DNA of 31,476 bases, taken from NCBI GenBank assembly GCA_002503135.1, contig DARA01000042.1, positions 1-31,476 of the forward strand, written 5' to 3'. Position numbers and translations under genes: made by a program. Positions 30,727 to 31,476 of the stretch are shown piece by piece; the first letter of the stretch is position 1, and every line of letters starts with the position of its first letter. The notes under the pieces were generated by a model. The model saw nothing but the letters and a program-made list of their open reading frames with translations, had not been told where the DNA came from and did not search any database. This stretch comes from Methanomicrobiaceae archaeon UBA207 (lineage in GTDB: Archaea > Halobacteriota > Methanomicrobia > Methanomicrobiales > Methanoculleaceae).

Positions 30727-30821
30727 CTAAAAGTGAGATGTCTACAAATGCAACTGGATTCACAATATATATTGGTATCAGAACCACATTAAACTGTGCT
30801 CTGCCTCCCTGCAACCCCGGA

Positions 30822-31130
30822 TCACTCATATTTTCCGGCATCAGGATCACTGATCCCGAGGTGCCTGTCGATTGCAACCCCAAGCCTGTTTAACAGTTGG
30901 TTTACCTCTGATGCATCGTCACTGTCATTTATTCCCGGCTGGTGCCAGATCACCCGCTTGCGCAGTGATTCAATGAGGCTCTCGATCTCGGTACCGCGGA
31001 ACTGATCGGGGACCTTCAGCTCTGTGAGGTGGTCCGCAGCACCGTAAAATGCCTGTTCCGGGGGTTGCCCGAAGTGCCTGGCGATGTGGATCAGGTTGAC
31101 TATGCATCCACGTCCGAACTGACTTTCCAT
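30822..31130 (-). CDS. Conserved hypothetical protein, about 102 aa
   Basis: MESQFGRGCIVNLIHIARHF...GAADHL...IDRHLGISDPDAGKYE resembles small methanogen hypotheticals. The upstream 61 codons of the track ORF look non-coding. Confidence 0.65.
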   Translation of the reverse strand: MESQFGRGCIVNLIHIARHFGQPPEQAFYGAADHLTELKVPDQFRGTEIESLIESLRKRVIWHQPGINDSDDASEVNQLLNRLGVAIDRHLGISDPDAGKYE

Positions 31131-31364
31131 GACTGCATATTGACGAATACGGATAAAAAGATAGGTGTCTTTAAGTGGCAGAGCCTCTCTGGAGAGTGAT
31201 GGTGGGGGATTTTTCACCACTTCTCCGGGGGTCTTCTTCTGCGGCAGGTAGCGGATCTGCGGCGGCGGTCCTGTGCGTGAACACCTTCCGGGACGGCACA
31301 AGTAAGCCACCACACAAACTGAAAAATTATTTCAGGCTGTATCCCAATTGTACACTGATGATGA

Positions 31365-31476
31365 ATGGTACGTATATTAATAGCCGATGATGAGCCCCTC
31401 ATTCTGGATATAACAAAGACATATCTTGAAAAGATCAGCGATTTTACTATTGATACCCAACTTTGCCAGTTAACTA
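31365..31476 (+). CDS. 5' fragment of a REC-domain gene, runs off the window end
   Basis: MVRILIADDEPLILDITKTYLEKISDFTIDTQLCQLT; paralogous to 218-550. Confidence 0.7.
   Translation, partial: MVRILIADDEPLILDITKTYLEKISDFTIDTQLCQLT

Overview
Mostly housekeeping DNA from a methanogenic archaeon, most consistent with Methanomicrobiales. This is inferred from gene content and style: RaSEA, alba, rps17e, PriL/PCNA, Hef, bacterial-type gyrBA, a PGF-CTERM/PEGA surface protein and Methanomicrobiales-style REC domains. Order: partial membrane-sensor ORF and REC gene, tRNA-Ser(UGA), raSEA, TIGR00300-type ornithine cyclodeaminase, cobY-cobD, cdrS-like RHH + ftsZ, a disrupted PEGA surface-protein gene, coiled-coil protein + DUF373, alba, asd-fdx-dapB-dapA-rps17e-thiN, priL-pcn, rlmE-moaA, an M20 hydrolase, glyS-hef, UPF0148/UPF0147/YjbQ, gyrA-gyrB and a second partial REC gene. 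I see no transposase, integrase, cas gene or CRISPR array. The unexplained signal is non-coding or sub-genic. (1) A three-unit array after the M20 gene whose 6-bp C(GNA)G hairpins covary while the flanks stay fixed. (2) A ~200-nt run of hairpins ending in a 16-nt core that recurs identically 4 kb away. (3) A palindromic tandem insert in frame in the Hef linker. (4) A TGACRT-N11-AYGTCA dyad shared by the cdrS-ftsZ promoter and a second intergenic region. (5) A doubly broken PEGA gene. (6) Inverted, 88%-identical REC gene starts at the two window ends. All family assignments come from motif recognition by eye; no searches were run.
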